From the NCBI GenBank assembly GCA_040003745.1, contig JBDUBZ010000001.1, forward strand, positions 1-45,003: a stretch of DNA of 45,003 nucleotides, in the 5' to 3' direction. The notes beneath the pieces were generated by a model that saw nothing but the letters and a program-made list of their open reading frames with translations, did no database searches and was not told the origin of the DNA. Origin of the DNA: Terriglobia bacterium. Lineage in GTDB: Bacteria > Acidobacteriota > Terriglobia > Bryobacterales > Bryobacteraceae. The position numbers and the translations under genes are program-made. Shown here piece by piece: positions 16,308 through 24,843 of this stretch (position 1 is its first letter; each line of letters opens with the position of its first letter).

Positions 16308-17759
16308 ATGAAAAGCAAACTGGGCGTGCTGGCCGTGGGGGCCTTAGTCCTCGCGGCGTGCGGCGGGCTGCCCCGCTCTGTTCGTAACGAAATCGCGTCT
16401 GAAAACGAGAAACTCGATTCCGCTGCCAAACAGATCGACCGCTACGAGAAAAACGTTAAGGAAGAGTTTGTCGCGGGCGCGGCGACTTCTCCCGAATGGC
16501 CGGCGCGTTTCCGCGAGGCCCGGCTGAAGTTGTCGAACGCGCGCACCGCGGCCGGCGAATTGGCGCGGCTGGAGCGGCGTGGCGATAAAGAATCCGTCCT
16601 GCGCGCGCAGCGGCTTTTAGGCGACCAGCGCCGGGAGCGCATGGCTGCCGTGGAAGAAGCCGAGGGCGTGGAGGCTTCGGCCAATCGCTGGCTCGATTTC
16701 GAGAAGAATCCTGCGCACGCCGCGGCGCAGATGCAGAGCGACTACGATGCCATACACTCGTTCGATCTGTCGCCGGTGGAAAAGGTTGTCGCCAGGGCGG
16801 AACAGGACTGGCCTTCGAAGAAGTCGGATCTTGATCGCCGGCTCGGGTCGTTGAGAGACATCAAGCAGAAGGCGGAGACACAGTTCGATACCAAGGCGCC
16901 GATTGCGACGCTGATCGCGAACGAAGAGGCGCTGTCAACTGAGGCGATGGTGCTGCCGCGCGAAGCGTCGGAGCTGACCGCGATGTCCGGCCAGCTTTAC
17001 AACTCCTGGGACAAGATCCTGGAAGATCTCGATGTCACCAACGGGGTTTATCGCGAGAAGCTGAAAACGGTTCGAACTCACTTTGTGGATGTGGCGGATA
17101 AGAAGACGGAGGTTTCCACCGACACCAGCTGGACCGATGTCTCGCCTACCGCATACCAGGCGGTGGCGAAGAACCTTGGCATGGCGATCGGCCACAAAGA
17201 CGCAGGCCTGTACGATTCCGAGGCGCAGAATGTGGCTCAGCCGCCGGGGTTCGCCTACATCGCGTCGCCGTCGGTGGGATCGAATCAGTACGGCTACTGG
17301 AGCCACAACGAAGGCGGGAGCTTCTGGACGTTTCTGCCGCAGTACCTGATCATGCGAGAGCTGTTCTGGGGGAATTCCTACCGGCCGGTCATGGTCAACG
17401 AATATAACGGCTACTACAACGCTCAGCGCGTGGGGCGCAGCTACTACGGTCAGGAAACTCCGGCGAGTCCGCCGAAGTATGGCAGCCATGGCACGTTCAC
17501 CGAGCAGCGCTATTCGAGCAGCCGTTATGTGCAGTCGGGCGGATTTAAATCGTCCGCTTATGCGTCGCGGCCCGCGCCTTCCAGCGGCCCGGCGCCATCA
17601 TATTCTCCGGGCGGACAGCGCTTCGGCAGCGCGCCCGACAGCAGCGAGGGTCATCGGTTCGGACATGGGTCGAACTCGCCTCCGAGCGGGCAGCGCTTCG
17701 GGTCGGGGGGATCGCGTCCCGCACCGTCAGGCCGGCGGTTTGGCGGGCGGCGCCGGTAG
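16308..17759 (+). CDS. Lipoprotein with coiled-coil N-terminal region and a DUF1190/YjfM-like, Gly/Ser/Pro-rich C-terminus
   Basis: Start at ATG 16308 (MKSKLGVLAVGALVLAACGG, lipobox LAAC). A hydrophobic GSFWTFLPQYLIMRELFWG segment follows. The tail has four xRFG repeats (GQRFGS, GHRFGH, GQRFGS, GRRFGG). Confidence 0.7.
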   Translation: MKSKLGVLAVGALVLAACGGLPRSVRNEIASENEKLDSAAKQIDRYEKNVKEEFVAGAATSPEWPARFREARLKLSNARTAAGELARLERRGDKESVLRAQRLLGDQRRERMAAVEEAEGVEASANRWLDFEKNPAHAAAQMQSDYDAIHSFDLSPVEKVVARAEQDWPSKKSDLDRRLGSLRDIKQKAETQFDTKAPIATLIANEEALSTEAMVLPREASELTAMSGQLYNSWDKILEDLDVTNGVYREKLKTVRTHFVDVADKKTEVSTDTSWTDVSPTAYQAVAKNLGMAIGHKDAGLYDSEAQNVAQPPGFAYIASPSVGSNQYGYWSHNEGGSFWTFLPQYLIMRELFWGNSYRPVMVNEYNGYYNAQRVGRSYYGQETPASPPKYGSHGTFTEQRYSSSRYVQSGGFKSSAYASRPAPSSGPAPSYSPGGQRFGSAPDSSEGHRFGHGSNSPPSGQRFGSGGSRPAPSGRRFGGRRR

Positions 17760-18674
17760 CCGGCAGCAATCGGGCGCGCAAAAATAGCGCGGGCCCGTCT
17801 CGATCATGCGCACAATCGCGTCGACGAACAGGGGATGTGTTCCCACGGTTTTAGCGCGCTGGAGTTCGATGCCAAGCTCTTCGGCAAGGGCTGCCGCTTC
17901 GGTGTCGAGATCGTAAAGCACTTCCATATGGTCGGAGAGAAATCCGACGGGCATGACGATCAGCTTTTTCGCATCGGTGGCGCGAAGGTAATCGAGAATG
18001 TCTGGTTCGAGCCAGGGCTGTGAAGGCGGGCCGCTGCGGCTCTGATAGACGAGCGTCGGCTCGCCCAGGCCCAGCTTTTCGTTCACCGCGCGGCACACCG
18101 CGAGTAGTTGCTCCGCGTAAGGCGACGATTGCGACATCGAAAGCGGAACGCTGTGCGCCGTGTAAACGACTTGCGCATCCGGCATCTTTAGCAGTTGTTC
18201 GCGTAAGCGATCCGTGACGGCGTCGCGGAAGCCAGGGTCGTCTGCAAACGGCGGGAGCTTATCGATAGCGGGCGCTCCGGGAACTGCGGCCTGGGCGCGC
18301 TCGATGTCCTCCCGATACTGACGGCATCCCGAGTACGATCCAAAAGCCGAGGTGGCGAGCGCAAGGGCATGGCGTACACCGTCATCGCGCATCTGACGAA
18401 CGGTATCGGCCAGCAGGGGATGCCAGTTGCGATTGCCCCAGTAGATGGGAAGTTTGATCAGAGGCTCCAGCGCGGCGATCAGATCGCGGTTCTGCTCATT
18501 AATGGGACTGACACCATCGAAGTGGTAATAGTGCTCGGCTACGGCGAGCAGGCGCTCGCGCGGGACGTTGCGGCCCCGCAGCACGTTTTCAAGAAAAGGG
18601 ATTACGTCGGCGCGTTTTTCCGGCCCCCCAAAAGAGATCAGCAGAAAAGCGTCGTAAGAACCGGAGCCGGGCAT
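17727..18674 (-). CDS. hemH: Ferrochelatase (actinobacterial/CpfC-like, with C-terminal Cys cluster)
   Basis: Motifs YDAFLLISFGGPE, YTAHSVPLSM and FLSDHMEVLYDLD. Cys residues lie in SGCRQY and in the C-terminal CAPDCC. Its 3' end overlaps the convergent lipoprotein gene by 33 nt. Confidence 0.85.
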   Translation of the reverse strand: MPGSGSYDAFLLISFGGPEKRADVIPFLENVLRGRNVPRERLLAVAEHYYHFDGVSPINEQNRDLIAALEPLIKLPIYWGNRNWHPLLADTVRQMRDDGVRHALALATSAFGSYSGCRQYREDIERAQAAVPGAPAIDKLPPFADDPGFRDAVTDRLREQLLKMPDAQVVYTAHSVPLSMSQSSPYAEQLLAVCRAVNEKLGLGEPTLVYQSRSGPPSQPWLEPDILDYLRATDAKKLIVMPVGFLSDHMEVLYDLDTEAAALAEELGIELQRAKTVGTHPLFVDAIVRMIETGPRYFCAPDCCRLPAPPAKPPA

Positions 18675-18683
18675 GCCTCCAGT

Positions 18684-18929
18684 TTATTTGTGGCTGTTAT
18701 CCGGAGTGGCGTCGAGCGCGCGGCGCACTTTTTCACGCGTGTCGCGCAGGCCCTTATCGATTTCTTTACCGGCCTTTTCCGTGCCGGCTTTGGCTTCGTG
18801 AAGGGCCTCGTTGGCGTCCTTCTTGATCACTTCACCGGTCTGCTTTGCCTGCTCGCGTGTGCGCTGCTCGTCGGTGGCGGTACAAGCCGTCAGGGTGAAA
18901 ACGAAGAACGCGAACGCAATGTACTTCAT
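18684..18929 (-). CDS. Small lipoprotein (hypothetical)
   Basis: Start at ATG 18929 (MKYIAFAFFVFTLTACTATDEQ, lipobox LTAC). The mature part is charged and helical. The track ORF extension to 19109 overlaps the neighbouring gene. Confidence 0.6.
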   Translation of the reverse strand: MKYIAFAFFVFTLTACTATDEQRTREQAKQTGEVIKKDANEALHEAKAGTEKAGKEIDKGLRDTREKVRRALDATPDNSHK

Positions 18930-18946
18930 AGCAGGTACAGTGTAAC

Positions 18947-19345
18947 TCAACGCCCAATCGCTGAAATTACGGCCCGGCCGGTCCCGACAGCGACCGCGTC
19001 TTCGAGCAGCGCCGCAAGCAATGGCGGAAGCTTCACGCGCCGCCGATACTCGAAACCGCCATACGCCGAAGCGACTGCGGCCGTTGCGCCCACCATCGCG
19101 GCAAACCACCGGGTAGCGGACGATGCCCGCTTACCGCAGATCGTGTAACCGCAGAAGGCGCCGGAAGCGGCGCGAAACACGAGCGAAGGCGTCTCGGTCC
19201 GGTTGGGAATAAACGGAAGTTTATCGGCGATCAGTTCGCCTGCAGCCAGGACCTTCAGGACGGTGGAGTCTTTTACGAAGGCTGGTCCGGAAAACGAGCG
19301 CAATCCACTGACCGCGCCGATGCCTGCCGCGCATAACAAGCTCAT
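18947..19345 (-). CDS. DUF4126-like membrane protein
   Basis: 132 aa with Gly-rich TM segments and an ELIADKLPFIPNRT motif typical of DUF4126. Confidence 0.6.
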   Translation of the reverse strand: MSLLCAAGIGAVSGLRSFSGPAFVKDSTVLKVLAAGELIADKLPFIPNRTETPSLVFRAASGAFCGYTICGKRASSATRWFAAMVGATAAVASAYGGFEYRRRVKLPPLLAALLEDAVAVGTGRAVISAIGR

Positions 19346-19374
19346 GCGTCGATTGTCGCACCGGGAACGAGATT

Positions 19375-20979
19375 TCAGGTGATGGAAAGGGGACCATCCG
19401 CACGAGATAACGCCATGACGATCGCCTCGCGCCGATTGTTCGCCGTGGTTACGGCGGAATCGAGCCCCACCCAGTAGAAGACCGCGCCAATCGCCGCCGC
19501 GACAAGCATGAGGCCCGCGAAAAGCAGCTCGCTGCCGAAAAACCAGCGGGACCAGTAGGCGAGTACCAGCGGCAGCAGCAGAAAAGGCGCCATGAAAATG
19601 GTCAGCGCCTGCATCTTATTCGACATCTGGTTCATCTTCTCGGGGTCGAGCGGACGCGGAATGCGGACCGAGAAAATATTGCCCATGGCGAACCAGTAAA
19701 GAGAAGTAATAACCATAACGACCACCGTCTCAAGGATCCGTGCCGGGCTTGTCGGCAGATGAAAAACGCGGCCCACCAGAGCTTCGACGGCGATCTGTGG
19801 AATAAGCAGAAACACCACGGCGACATTCTTCGCCATCAGCACGTCGCGAAAACGGATGGGCCAGCAGAAGTATCCCTGGACCGCCGAGCGATCGAAGCCA
19901 AACGAGTTCCAGAAGCTGATCTGCCCCAGCATCAGCAGGCCGTAGAGAGTCAGCATCGGGAGAGCGATCTGCAGGGAAAAAGAGTGCTTCGCAGGGTTTC
20001 TGAGCAGAGGCAAAAGCATGATGATTCCGAAGAAGCACGACATGAGGTAAATGAGACGGAAGCGTGGAATACGCGCAAACGACCGAAGTTCTTTTTCGAC
20101 CAGGGCGGCCATCGGATCGGGCAGAAACCGCCCGGGAAGGCGGAAGAATCGTTCGCTGACGCCATCGGCCTTCGAAGGCTGCGTGCGGCGCCCAGAGCTG
20201 CGCTGTGATGCGGATTCGTCATAGCGAATAGTGCGCTCAAACTGCCAGCGGCTGAAGGCCAGGGCGATGACGAGCCAGGCGAGTCCGGCGAGCGCCGCCC
20301 AGGCGCCCCGGGCGTGCAGCATCAGATGAGCGGCGGCGCCCCACGGCCACACTATTTGAGAAGGCGCCATCCGTAGCAGGAAGGGGACCTTCACGTTCGA
20401 ATAACGCAGAATCTGGGGCAGCACACTGACCATAATGATCAGGAAAAACATCGCTTCTTTGAGTCGGGTCCGAAGAAACAGGCGTTCCAGCAGGTTTCGC
20501 GTTCCCGCGGAAAGCAGGATATTTGTCAGCGCAAAGAGCACCACGCCCCCGGCCACAAACGGCGACCTGGCTGCCCCGTATTGCGGATTTCGCAGCAGGC
20601 CGATCGCGGCCCCGCCCACTACGATCATCATCTCCGCGCAGGTGGTGAGGCGCAGCATGACTTCCACGGTGAACAGCTTGTTGTGGGGAATCGGGTAAGC
20701 GAGCAGTTTCCGCAGGTCGAGCGAGGCTCCGAAGCTGGCCGATATGACTGGCGCCAACTGCCAGTAAAGCATCACGAGCATCAATCCGCTTGACAGCACC
20801 GGGATGAAATAAGGCGCCTCATCCGGCTCGGAAAAGAAGAGCAGAGCCCCCCAGGCGAGGAATGCCCACATACCGTAAAAAAACAGCCCCGTAAGCCACG
20901 AGAACAGCGCGGAATAACGGCCCGTTCCTTTGCGGAGGCGCATGCTGAGCAGTTGTGCCCGAAGGATCGCCCAGATCAT
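19375..20979 (-). CDS. Polytopic membrane protein, putative ABC exporter permease
   Basis: 534 aa with many hydrophobic segments. It lies immediately downstream (43 nt) of an ABC ATPase gene on the same strand. Confidence 0.65.
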   Translation of the reverse strand: MIWAILRAQLLSMRLRKGTGRYSALFSWLTGLFFYGMWAFLAWGALLFFSEPDEAPYFIPVLSSGLMLVMLYWQLAPVISASFGASLDLRKLLAYPIPHNKLFTVEVMLRLTTCAEMMIVVGGAAIGLLRNPQYGAARSPFVAGGVVLFALTNILLSAGTRNLLERLFLRTRLKEAMFFLIIMVSVLPQILRYSNVKVPFLLRMAPSQIVWPWGAAAHLMLHARGAWAALAGLAWLVIALAFSRWQFERTIRYDESASQRSSGRRTQPSKADGVSERFFRLPGRFLPDPMAALVEKELRSFARIPRFRLIYLMSCFFGIIMLLPLLRNPAKHSFSLQIALPMLTLYGLLMLGQISFWNSFGFDRSAVQGYFCWPIRFRDVLMAKNVAVVFLLIPQIAVEALVGRVFHLPTSPARILETVVVMVITSLYWFAMGNIFSVRIPRPLDPEKMNQMSNKMQALTIFMAPFLLLPLVLAYWSRWFFGSELLFAGLMLVAAAIGAVFYWVGLDSAVTTANNRREAIVMALSRADGPLSIT

Positions 20980-21022
20980 TTCTTTGCCTGGAAGGTATAC
21001 CAGTGGATGATGGCCGAATTTA

Positions 21023-21796
21023 TTAAGCTAGCCATTCGAGCCTTTCATAGTGATGGTCGGCCCCTACGGTCTGGACGAAAACGTCTTCGAGGGTCCGCGA
21101 TCCGGAGCGTAATTCGTCCATACTGCCTTCGGCGACAATTTTCCCGGCATTGATAATGGCCGCGTGGTCGCAGAGGCGTTCCACCACTTCCAGAACGTGC
21201 GAGGTGAGGAAGATGGTGGCGCCGTTGCGGACCTGGTCGACCAGGATGTCCTTCATGAGCCGCGCGCCCACGGCGTCCACACCTTCGAAGGGTTCATCCA
21301 TGAGGAAGAGTTCGGGCTTGTGGATCAGCGAGGCCGCCATGGCGACCCTCTTCCGCATGCCCTTCGAATAGCTGGCGATGATTTTGCGGCGCTCGCCCGA
21401 GAGTTGGAACAATTCAAGAAGCTCATCGGCGCGCTGGCGGGCAAGGGTGCGCTCGAGGCTGTACATCCGCCCCACGAATTCGAGGAATTCCGCCCCCGTG
21501 AGCCGGTCGAAGAGCAGGGATTCATCGGGCACCAGGCCAATGCGCTGCTTGATGGCGAGTTCCTGGCCAGGCATCGGCATCCCCAGCAATTCAATCGAGC
21601 CGGATGTTGCGGGAATGAGACCGGTCAGCATTCGGATGGTGGTGGATTTGCCCGCGCCGTTCGGACCCAGGAAGCCGAAGAAAGACCCGCGTGGCACGGT
21701 CAGATTCAGACCGTCGACGGCAGCTTTGGAATCGTAAACCTTGCGCAGATCGCGGACGGCGATGGCGGGTGCGGTAGCGAGCCCGGAGTGGAGCAT
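21023..21796 (-). CDS. ABC transporter ATP-binding protein
   Basis: Walker A GPNGAGKST, signature-like YSKGMRKRV, Walker B LFLMDEPFEG, and an H-loop in TSHVLE. Confidence 0.85.
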   Translation of the reverse strand: MLHSGLATAPAIAVRDLRKVYDSKAAVDGLNLTVPRGSFFGFLGPNGAGKSTTIRMLTGLIPATSGSIELLGMPMPGQELAIKQRIGLVPDESLLFDRLTGAEFLEFVGRMYSLERTLARQRADELLELFQLSGERRKIIASYSKGMRKRVAMAASLIHKPELFLMDEPFEGVDAVGARLMKDILVDQVRNGATIFLTSHVLEVVERLCDHAAIINAGKIVAEGSMDELRSGSRTLEDVFVQTVGADHHYERLEWLA

Positions 21797-21991
21797 GGGT
21801 ACGAATCATGGTAGCGAACGTTGAGGCCAGAGGCGGCCGCTGCTTCCGCATGCGTGTTCCCAGTGGAAGTACTTGTCGACATCAGGGAGGCAGGTCGGCT
21901 AGTCAATCCTGCAAGCCCAGCTGTGCAATCCAGGCGAGGGCGTGAAAAGCTGCACGGCCCTCCAATTGCTTCTGCCCCCGCGAGGCTTTAT

Positions 21992-22642
21992 ATGATACAG
22001 AAATCACTTGTAATCATTGTTTTTGGATTATCCCTGGCCACCGGCATTTTCGGCGACACGCTGGTCTTCAGAAACGGTTCGCAAGCGTCTGGGAAATTGG
22101 TTACTGTTGCGCGGAATGGCGTGGTGGTTTTCGCGGAAGAGGGCGGGCAGAACCATCGTTACAACCTGAATGACGTGGGCAGGATCGAGTTCAATGCCGC
22201 CGGACAAGGTAACCGGTACAATTCCGATAACTACGGCAACGACCAGCATTCCGTTTACGACAAGTACGGGAATCGCCCGGATTATCGCGACAATCAGCCC
22301 CAGGGTGGCGCCATCAACGCCAAGTATCAGGACATGGCCCGCGCCGGCATTGGTCTTGGCCAGCCCATGTCCCCTGAACAGACTTCCTCCGATGGCGAGG
22401 GCCGTTTCCGCGTCTACCAGAACAGCACGGTGTATTGGAGTCCGCGCACGGGCGCGCATGAAGTCCATGGAGCGATTCGTGAGCAGTACATGCAGCTTGG
22501 AGCGGAAAATAGCCGCCTGGGTTATCCCATCTCGGACGAAGAGCCGGCCACCGACGGCTCCGGCGGCAGGATGAACAGGTTTGAACACGGCGTGATCAAC
22601 TGGAATTCAAGGACCGGCGCCGCCCAGCAATTCGGAAGGTAA
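21992..22642 (+). CDS. Secreted LGFP-repeat protein
   Basis: Start at ATG 21992 (MIQKSLVIIVFGLSLATGIFG). A low-complexity N/Y/D-rich linker follows. C-terminal LGFP-type repeats are present (GLGQPMSPE...FRVYQNSTVYW; LGYPISDE...RFEHGVINW). Confidence 0.7.
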   Translation: MIQKSLVIIVFGLSLATGIFGDTLVFRNGSQASGKLVTVARNGVVVFAEEGGQNHRYNLNDVGRIEFNAAGQGNRYNSDNYGNDQHSVYDKYGNRPDYRDNQPQGGAINAKYQDMARAGIGLGQPMSPEQTSSDGEGRFRVYQNSTVYWSPRTGAHEVHGAIREQYMQLGAENSRLGYPISDEEPATDGSGGRMNRFEHGVINWNSRTGAAQQFGR

Positions 22643-22670
22643 CTAATAAATGGGGCGCAACTGCTCAGAT

Positions 22671-22699
22671 GCCCCGCCGGTCTTACAGACCAGCGGGGC
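22671..22699 (+). terminator. Stem-loop between convergent LGFP and vapC genes
   Basis: GCCCCGCCGGTCT (22671-22683) pairs with AGACCAGCGGGGC (22687-22699) with one C/A mismatch and a 3-nt loop. The downstream tail is only weakly T-rich. Confidence 0.35.
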
Positions 22700-22708
22700 G
22701 CTTCCATT

Positions 22709-23089
22709 TCAAAGCAACTGCGTGCCGGCAGCCTTACTCAGATGTTTGTCGAAAGTCCCCAGAAGAAGGTTTCCCGCCTTTCGCGCCAGTTGCAGAATCA
22801 GACAATCTGAAAACCCAGGCGCCGGCTCGGCGAGTAAGAACTGGAGCGCTGCCGCCACGCTCTCCGTATCCTGCAAAACCAGATTCTGATGATTCAGCAG
22901 CATCTCAATCGCCCGAGCCTGCCCTTCACGATCCAACTCGTAAACGCTGCCGAGCCCCCAGACCGCTTCGGCCAGTACGACTACGGAAACCCATGCTCCC
23001 TGTGCTACGAATTCCTCGGCGGCGGCGGTCTGGCGGGAATCGTCTCTGACGATCAACCGCACCAGCACATTGGTGTCGATTGCGCGCAT
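22709..23089 (-). CDS. vapC: PIN-domain toxin (VapC family)
   Basis: Start at MRAIDTNVLVRL (ATG 23089). The conserved acidic residues are present (D5, EE in AAAEEF, D in GFSDCLILQLA). Confidence 0.8.
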   Translation of the reverse strand: MRAIDTNVLVRLIVRDDSRQTAAAEEFVAQGAWVSVVVLAEAVWGLGSVYELDREGQARAIEMLLNHQNLVLQDTESVAAALQFLLAEPAPGFSDCLILQLARKAGNLLLGTFDKHLSKAAGTQLL

Positions 23090-23414
23090 AATGCTTCGGA
23101 CGTAGCGGCGCACGCCCTCCTTCAATTCCCTCAGGCTTCGTGGCGGCGGATCCTTTGTTCAACAGTGCCGTATGTATGTCCGCTGAACTGAGTGTCCCAG
23201 CGCGCCTGACGAACATCCTGTCACCCTCTTCTTCCCATTTGAGAACAGACCCGGGGCCCACGCCGAACTTCCGCCGGACAGCGGCCGGAATCGAAATCTG
23301 GCCCTGCGCCGTGACTCTGGGTTGCGCAACCGTGATAACCAATATCACCCCGGTAATGCGCAGCTTAGCTGCGGCTGCCCGCCCTCCCGGTTGATACAGT
23401 TGAAGTGAATCCAT
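22926..23414 (-). CDS. vapB: AbrB/SpoVT-type antitoxin (VapB-like) with anomalous 3' end
   Basis: The swapped-hairpin DNA-binding motif RVTAQGQISIPAAVRRKFGVGPGSVLKWEEEGDRMFVRR is clear. As an intact ORF it runs 164 nt into vapC in another frame. The expected antitoxin C-terminal motif (SLRELKEGVRRYVRS) is encoded in the vapC frame instead. The start is uncertain (ATG 23414 or GTG 23348). Confidence 0.5.
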   Translation of the reverse strand: MDSLQLYQPGGRAAAAKLRITGVILVITVAQPRVTAQGQISIPAAVRRKFGVGPGSVLKWEEEGDRMFVRRAGTLSSADIHTALLNKGSAATKPEGIEGGRAPLRPKHYARNRHQCAGAVDRQRRFPPDRRRRGIRSTGSMGFRSRTGRSGLGARQRLRVGS

Positions 23415-24843
23415 GACCTTTTCCGATTCCTTTTTCGCCGGCAAATTCGGCATCTCCAGCCGGGATCTGGAAAACTATCTCGCCGAGGCTCTCTCCCGCG
23501 GCGGCGACTATGCCGACCTCTATTTCGAGTATCTTGCCACCAGTTCCATCAGCATCGATGAATCGATCGTCAAGAGCGCCACGCAGGGTGTTTCGCTGGG
23601 CGTGGGCGTGCGCGTGATCGCCGGTGAGCGCACCGGTTACGCCTACTCGGACGACCTGAGCCCCGAGAAGATCAAACATGCCGCGCAGGTTGCCGCCATG
23701 ATTGCTTCCGGCCCCGCGAAGACGGATAAAGTCGGTCTGCATGAGGGCCCGAAGCGCAACCTGTACCCCGTTGTGACCGCGCCGAATGAGACGGCTTTCA
23801 AGGAGCGCGTGGAACTGGCCCAGCGCGCCGATCGGGCCGCGCGCGGCTATGACCCGAGAATCTTCCAGGTGCAGGTCACCTACGCCGACAATCTGCGAGA
23901 AGTCCTTGTCGCCACGAGCGAGGGTGTCCTGAATTTCGATCGCCAGCCACTTGCCCGCATCGGCGTCCTGGTTCTGGCGCGCGAGGGAGAGGCCGCTCCT
24001 CAACAGGGCCATGCAGGGGGCGGAGGGCGCTACGAACTCGACTGGTTCCGCAACGAGCGGACTCCCGAATACTTCGCAACCGAAGCCGCCCGTCAGGCGA
24101 TCGTCCAGCTCCATGCCACCGACGCCCCGGCGGGCGAGCAGATCGTGGTCCTTGGACCCGGCTGGCCTGGAGTGCTTTTACATGAAGCGGTAGGCCACGG
24201 CCTCGAAGCCGACTTCAATCGCAAAGGTGTTTCGGCCTTCAGCGGACGTGTGGGGCAGCAGGTGGCGAGCCCGCTTTGCACCGTGGTCGACGACGGCACT
24301 ATCGGCGGGCGGCGCGGCTCTTTGAATGTGGATGACGAAGGCAATGAAACGCAGCGCAATGTCCTGATCGAAAACGGAATCCTGCGCGGCTACCTGCAGG
24401 ACAACCTTTCAAGCCGCATCCTCAAGACCGCGCCAACGGGCAGCGGACGCCGCGAGGGTTACGAGCACATCCCCATGCCGCGTATGACCAATACGTTTAT
24501 GCTCGCCGGCGAAAGCGATCCCGCCGATATTATCCGGTCGGTTCCGCGCGGGCTCTACTGTGCGAACTTCGGCGGCGGCTCGGTCGATATCACGAGCGGC
24601 AACTTCGTCTTTTCCGCTTCGGAAAGCTACCTGATCGAAGACGGAAAACTTACGCGGCCGGTGCGTAACGCCACGCTGATCGGCAATGGTCCCGAGGCGA
24701 TGAAATACGTCAGCATGGTGGGCAACGATCTGAAACTGGATGAAGGCGTCGGCATCTGCGGCAAGGAAGGCCAGAGCGTTCCTGTGGGCGTGGGCATTCC
24801 CACCGTGCGCATCGATCGCATGACCGTCGGGGGAACCGCTTGA
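23413..24843 (+). CDS. tldD: Metalloprotease TldD
   Basis: 476 aa. HEAVGHGLEADF zinc motif and a C-terminal GxC..GQS region typical of TldD. Confidence 0.85.
   Translation: MTFSDSFFAGKFGISSRDLENYLAEALSRGGDYADLYFEYLATSSISIDESIVKSATQGVSLGVGVRVIAGERTGYAYSDDLSPEKIKHAAQVAAMIASGPAKTDKVGLHEGPKRNLYPVVTAPNETAFKERVELAQRADRAARGYDPRIFQVQVTYADNLREVLVATSEGVLNFDRQPLARIGVLVLAREGEAAPQQGHAGGGGRYELDWFRNERTPEYFATEAARQAIVQLHATDAPAGEQIVVLGPGWPGVLLHEAVGHGLEADFNRKGVSAFSGRVGQQVASPLCTVVDDGTIGGRRGSLNVDDEGNETQRNVLIENGILRGYLQDNLSSRILKTAPTGSGRREGYEHIPMPRMTNTFMLAGESDPADIIRSVPRGLYCANFGGGSVDITSGNFVFSASESYLIEDGKLTRPVRNATLIGNGPEAMKYVSMVGNDLKLDEGVGICGKEGQSVPVGVGIPTVRIDRMTVGGTA

Noticed and set aside
17069-17079. tRNA T-loop-like GGTTCGAACTC
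   Set aside because: It lies inside a well-supported lipoprotein coding frame, and no flanking acceptor or anticodon stems are present.
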